64,000 nucleotides of DNA from the human T2T-CHM13v2.0 reference genome, Homo sapiens, in assembly GCF_009914755.1 (NCBI RefSeq), contig NC_060928.1. The stretch is one strand, 5' to 3'. Shown here piece after piece: positions 57,251-64,000 of the stretch; position 1 is the stretch's first letter; each line of letters begins with the position of its first letter. The notes beneath the pieces were generated by a model. It had not been told where the DNA came from. It saw only the letters and a program-made list of their open reading frames with translations, and did not search any database. Position numbers and translations under genes: made by a program.

Positions 57251-57792
57251 GTATCACTATATACAAATAATGTTAAATTACTCCGAAACTTTAAGAAGTT
57301 AAACTCTGGTCTTAACACTTCATTCACAAACCCATGCTTCATAAATGATCATGAAAAGATCTAGCCTTCTAATTTCCTGTTAATTTAGAAGAAAATATTA
57401 TATAGTGAAGAGTTTAAGTTAGATTGAACATTAGCTCTTCATTGCAAATTTAATAGCATCTCTATGAGCTTCCATTTTCTATTTTATAAAATGAGGCTAT
57501 TAATATCTAGCTCACAGATTTGCCTAGAGGATGCCTTCTCAACCTTTTACGAGTTAGAACATGGGAAGGAAATAGTCCTGTTTGAGTAGCTCACAAGATG
57601 AAGAGGCACGGCTGCTTCAACCTCAGGCCCTTCTGGCTCTCACTATGTTGACTATCCTAAAACCCATTCCCAGCACCCTGTGGAGAACCTCTGGTTCAGG
57701 GAGATTCACACAGAGTCAATGGATGCCAGAGTGCCTGGCACACAGAAGACATCATGTTAGTTCCACTTGGTTAGCTCAAATTAACGAGACTT

Positions 57793-58125
<333 letters not shown>

Positions 58126-58331
58126 TCATGAATAATACAGAGCCCAAATGATGTCTGCATGTATAATTTTTGTCACTGCTTCATTCTAGCTTCACTCTTT
58201 ATCTCACTCCTCATGATTCAGCTCTTATTTTCTGGGGGCTGGGAAATTTGGTTATAAAGTATTGGAAATTATGTCACAGATGTTAACAAAGCTAGGAGTG
58301 GAGTGCTCTTTTTAGAAAAATAGCAGAAGCC

Positions 58332-58645
58332 AGCCAGGTGCAGTGGCTCATGCCTGTAATCCCAGCACTATAGTAGGCCCAGGGGAGTGGATCATTTGAG
58401 GCCAGGAGTTTGAGACCAGCCTGACCAATATGGCGAAACCCCGCCTCTACTAAAAATACAAAAATTATTAGCCAGGCATGGTTGCACACACCTGGGGTCC
58501 CAGCTACTCAGGGGCCTGAGGCATAAGAATTGCTTGAACCCGGGAGGCAGAGGTCACAGTGAGCCAAGATTGTGCCACTGCACTCCAGCCTGGGTGACAG
58601 AGTGAGACTGAAAAAAAAAAGAAAGAAAAAAAGAAAAAGAAAAAG
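58332..58645 (+). mobile_element. AluSz/J-like
   Basis: gatcatttgaggccaggagtttg; near-TSD tagc(a/t)gaagcc. Confidence 0.9.
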
Positions 58646-58690
58646 GGGAAGGGAAGGGAAGGGAAGGGAAGGGAAGGGAAGGGAAGGGAA
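58646..58690. repeat. (GGGAA)9 = (AAGGG)n pentanucleotide in an Alu tail
   Basis: directly visible. Confidence 0.95.
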
Positions 58691-60119
58691 GTAGCTGAAG
58701 CCTTTAAGAAGTGGGCAGCATAAGAAACCAAGAAAACTGATTTATTATCTTCCATCATTGTTTAGAAATGTCCTTCTGTAGCTGGTTCTTCTCTCATACG
58801 TGGGCTCCATATATTTTCTGGACATTTTCACAGTGAAAAGACCTTCAGCCATGTTTTTCTCCAAAACAAACTCCATTTAGTAATAAGTCCAATGTACCAA
58901 TCTCATCTCTGAATGTGATTAACAACTTGGCCCTGCTCCTGCAGGAAGCCTGCAGTGGAAAGGGACTGTGGCGGTCTTCTCCTTTGACTCATCCCAATAC
59001 TGGCATTTTCTCTCTTGGAACATTTATAGAGATTCTTAGGAGACGTCACCCCTGAATCCCATGATTAAGAATGGAACTTTAATTTCCAGCTGACCAGTTA
59101 CGACTTCCCTCTCAGTCCCTGTGCATCTAATTTAATTTTGACCATTTCTGGCATCTTTCTTATGAAGTCTTTCTGCTCCTCCCTGTGTCCCTTCCACACA
59201 AAGTCTAAAACAACACCTCCATCCTTCTCAAACATGGCCTGTAGGTACATAGAAAACACACCTTAGTACTGTAGTCAGAGGCAGGGCAGTTTCTCTCAAA
59301 AACATAACCCCAACTCTGCTATATAAACTCACTACAAGCAGCTCTCACTATAGAGATTTCATAGGTGATGCCATCAGTTCACTTTGTCCTTCAAATGCAG
59401 GGGCACATAGTAAATTTGTTTAGTAGTCAGTCGAAGCCTCCTTGCTGGTCTTAAAGTGAACACAACTCTATTCCTTCACTGTGGCTGGAGGTGGGGAGGG
59501 AGGATGGACACCAAGCACTAATCTCTCAAAAGGAAGCCTCAGCAATCTTCAACTAGCCCAGCGACTTCCATTTCACACCCTTCTTACTCTCAGTGAGTGC
59601 CTAAGTGTTAAAAAGTAGGTTTGGGAACCCCTTTTTGCATGTTCTGCATGGTTGGGGTGACTTGTACCTTACTGGGAAACATGAAGCTGGTTTCTATAAT
59701 CTTAATCCACTACTAAGACAAATCTGAATTATTGGTTATATTTTAAATAATTTAATTGTTTGGATATGTGAGTCCATGCAGGTGAAATATAACTGTCTTA
59801 AAATCACGAAAATTTCCTTTTTAAAAAATTATGTTTCATACAGAAACTCTCCCAGGGATGATACTATAATTATGGATAAATTTCTCAATAGATTAAATCA
59901 TCAGCCAATAGACTTAAATTATCTCACAGAACATAATTACATTCTAGATGATGTGAAATTGGAGATAATGCCTATAATTTTAGTATGTGAGACTGGAATT
60001 CAAGGCAACTCTGATGGGATATTAGAGGCCAGATAAATAATTACTCCTGGTAGTCTAATCCTGGGAGGCTTTCCAGGTTTCAACTGATTATGCTGCAACC
60101 AGGACATCCTGGTGCCTTT

Positions 60120-60134
60120 GGTTGCCCAGCAACC
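60120..60134. promoter_or_regulatory. Candidate RFX X-box
   Basis: gGTTGCC-C-AGCAACc matches GTNRCC-N0-3-RGYAAC. Confidence 0.45.
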
Positions 60135-60564
60135 ATTATCCTCCTATTTTTTTTTTTTCCTCTTGTAGTGGTGCAGAACACAATGTCAATTGAAGACTGA
60201 TAGATAAGAAAGTCAATTTTATCATATCAGCTGGGGCTTGTTTGGCATGGGCACATTCTGAGCTTTAGTGTCAGACAAATCCAAATTCAAATACTGCCCT
60301 TGAAAAAGATAATTAACCTCTCTGAGTTTGCTTTAAAACTGAATATTACATGTCAGTCACATCTCCAAGTCTTTTAAATGGAACTGTCCCACTCACAGTC
60401 CACTGCTCTGGAAGGCAGCAGTTAGAAATTCTTTATCTGGAGACAGCCACTCATCTTACAGAGGCCAGTTGGCCTGTGCTCCAATGAAAGTTTTACCAGG
60501 AATCCAACGGGGTGTTCTGGGAAGCCCTCTGCTAAAGGAAGGTGATGGTAATTAGCCAATTTAT

Positions 60565-60880
60565 GGATTCATTTTTTCATTCACAAAATAGTTACAGTGT
60601 GCCTCTTATATGTTCTATAACTTGTACCAGGCACTAAGGATTCAACAGTGAAGATGAACAGTATTACTGCCCTCATGAACATATAGTCTAATGGGTGTGA
60701 TGAACAATACACAAATAAACATGAAATAAAATATTTACAGGCTGTGATTATTTCTATGAGAGAAACAGAGAGTGGTGGAGGTGGTTAGATAGAAGCTATT
60801 AAGAGACCTAAATTTCGTTACAGAAGTTTCTCTTGAAGAAGGAACATTTAAGCTGAAACCCTAAGGAGCCACCCAAGAAG
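60565..60880 (-). mobile_element. L2 3' end
   Basis: ttcattcacaaaatagtt..gtaccaggcactaaggattcaacagtgaa..ctgccctcatgaa. Confidence 0.75.
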
Positions 60881-61252
60881 ACTTAAGTTGAGAAAGGGGA
60901 AAGCAAGCAAAATATCAGAAGACTGAGAATGGGGCCAGAAGTAAGGCGAAGAGTGAGGCAGCAGAAGACTAGCAGGTGAGAATCATCCTGACAAGGCAGG
61001 GCCCGTGGCCGTGGGTTAGGCAGTTGGATTGCATTCCAGGAGTTCTTCCTGAAAATTGGGGTTGGAGCACACACAGAGGACTGGACACTCAGAAACAAAA
61101 GGAGAATTTAAGAGTCATGCTGAGAGAAACACAAACACTGCAAGGGACAGGCTCTGCGGGACCTGGGAGAGAAACTGTGAGAGAAGTTGATCTCTGGTGT
61201 AGTCACAGATCTGATGACCTTCTAGTTCTGGTTTCAGTCTCGTTTTTCCCTA

Positions 61253-61858
<606 letters not shown>

Positions 61859-64000
61859 CTAAGAGCCACACGGGGCAGGGGATCCCTCAACCCCAGCCAA
61901 GGGAGGCGGTGAGTGAGGGTGCTACCCACCCTGGGAATACGTGCTTTTTCCACAGAACTGTGCACCCCACGGATTGGCAGATCCCACTCGTGACCCAATG
62001 CCACTGGGGCCTAGTGTCCCAATCACAGAGCACACAGATTCTCAACAGCCACTAAGTTAGAATCTGCTTAAGCCTGTCCAGCTCCCCAGGGATGAGGGGA
62101 GACAAGCACCACAGCTGAGGTTGCCTACTGTCTAAGCCATTTGAGCTCCTTATGGGAGGGGCGACAGCCAACACTGGGACTGATAGCTACCTAACACACT
62201 AAGCTCCCAGGCCAGGGGAATGGTAGCAGCCATCTCTATAGCTCCAGGCTACAAAGATAATAAAATACATAGGAATACACCTAACAAGGGGCATGAAGGA
62301 TCTCTTCAAGGAGAAATACAAACCACTGCTCAAGGAAATAAAAGAGTACACATACAAATGGAAAAACATTCCATGCTCATGGATAGGAAGAATCAACATT
62401 GTGAAAATAGCCATATTGCCCAAAGTAATTTGTAGATTCAATGCTATTCCCATCAAACTACCATTGACATTCTTCACAGAATTAGAAAAAACTACTTTAA
62501 AAATCATATGGAACCAAAAAGAGCCTGTATAGCCAAGACAATCCTAAGCAAAAAGAACAAAGCTGAAGGCATCATGCTACCCGACTTCAAACTATGCTAC
62601 AAGGCTACAGTAACCAAAACAGCATGGTACTGGTACCAAAACAGTCACACAGACCAATGGAACAGAACAGAGACCTCAGAAATAACACCACACATCTACA
62701 ACATCTGATCTTTGACAAACCTGACAAAAACAAGCAATGGTGAAAGTATTCCCTATTTAATGATGCTGAGAAAACTGGCTAGCCATATGGAGAAAAATGA
62801 AACTGGATGCTTCCTTACACCTTATTCAAAAATTAACTAGAGATGGATTAAAGAATTAAATGTAAAATCCAAAAACCATAAAAACCTGGGAAGAAAACCT
62901 AGGCAATACCATTCAGGACATAGGCATGGGCAAAGACTTCATGACGAAAACTCCAAAAGCAATTACTACAAAAGCCAAGCTGGCAAATGGGCTCTAATTA
63001 AACTAAAGAGCTTCTGCACAGCAGGAGAAACTATCATTAGAGTGAACAGGCAACCTACAGAATGGGAGAAAAATTTTGCAATCTACCCATCTGACAAAGG
63101 TCTAATAACCAGAATGTATAAGAAACATAAACAAATTTACAAGAAAAAAACAACCCCATCAAAAACTGAGCAAAGGATATGAACAAACACTTCTCAAAAG
63201 AAGACATTTATGCAACCAACAAACATACACTGATATGGTGAGAATGTAAATTAATTCAACCATTGTGGAAGACAGTGTGGTGATTCCTCAAGGATCTAGA
63301 ACCAGAAATACCAGTTGACCCAGCAATCCCATTACTGGTGTATACTCAAAGGAATATAAATCTTTCTACTATAAAGACACAGGCACACAAGTTTATTGCA
63401 GCACTATTTACAATAGCAAAGACATGGAACCAACCCAAATGCCCATCAATGATAAACTGGATAAAGAAAATGTGGCACATATACACCATGGAATACTATG
63501 CAGCCATAAAAAGAAATAAGATCATGTCCTTTCCAGGGACATGAATAAAGCTGGAAGCCATCATCCTCAGCAAAGTAACTCAGGAACAAAAAAGCAAACA
63601 CCGCATGTTCTCACTCATAAGTGGAAGTTGAACAATGAGAACACATGGACACAGGGATGGGAACAACACACACTGGGGACAGTCTGGGGGCTGGAGGCGA
63701 GGGGAGGGACAGCATCAGGACAAATAGCTGATGCATGCGGGGCTTAAAACCTAGATGACAGGTTAATAGGCGCAGCAAACCACCATGGCACATATAAACC
63801 TACGCAACAAATCTACACGTTCTGCACTTGTATCCCAGAACTTAAGGTAAAATAAAAATAAAAATAAATAATGCCAATAAACCTCTAACACAGGGATGGG
63901 CACATATTTGGCATTATAGCAACTATTGTTATTCACTTCCTTATCATTGTAAATTATTATGATTGTTGTGTTTCATATCTCTGATATCCTCATTTTTCTG

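Noticed and set aside
62240-62260. Spliced L1 retrocopy (SpIRE) explanation for the L1PA deletion
   Set aside because: By the recalled consensus, the junction does not fall at GT..AG boundaries; microhomology explains it better.

Overview
AT-rich, CpG-poor primate (probably human) genomic DNA, intergenic or intronic. There is no recognisable protein-coding gene, rRNA, tRNA, CRISPR array or CpG island. Roughly half the window is transposable-element debris: about 20 Alus (J, S and Y), a full-length but disabled L1PB1 (40745-47218), an internally deleted L1PA10-like element (61337-63861), a 5'-inverted ancient L1M, several L2 and MIR fragments, solo LTRs (MER4B-like, MER57, THE1C, MLT1) and DNA transposons (MADE1, MER53, MER45, MER63, Tigger3a, Charlie). 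The longer ORFs in the supplied track are mostly translations of these repeats. Highlights are a perfectly identical 3x95-bp tandem array inside the old L1PB1, a 1.35-kb AT-only minisatellite with a palindromic unit variant, an apparent retrocopied mRNA 3' end, an (AAGGG)9 Alu tail, a MADE1/miR-548-type hairpin, and unverified candidate + strand exons (a phase-consistent 81-aa microprotein chain near 1-9 kb and a 3'-terminal module near 53 kb). Repeat subfamily names come from recalled consensus sequences, not from a database search. I see no clear evidence of a wholly new biological system.
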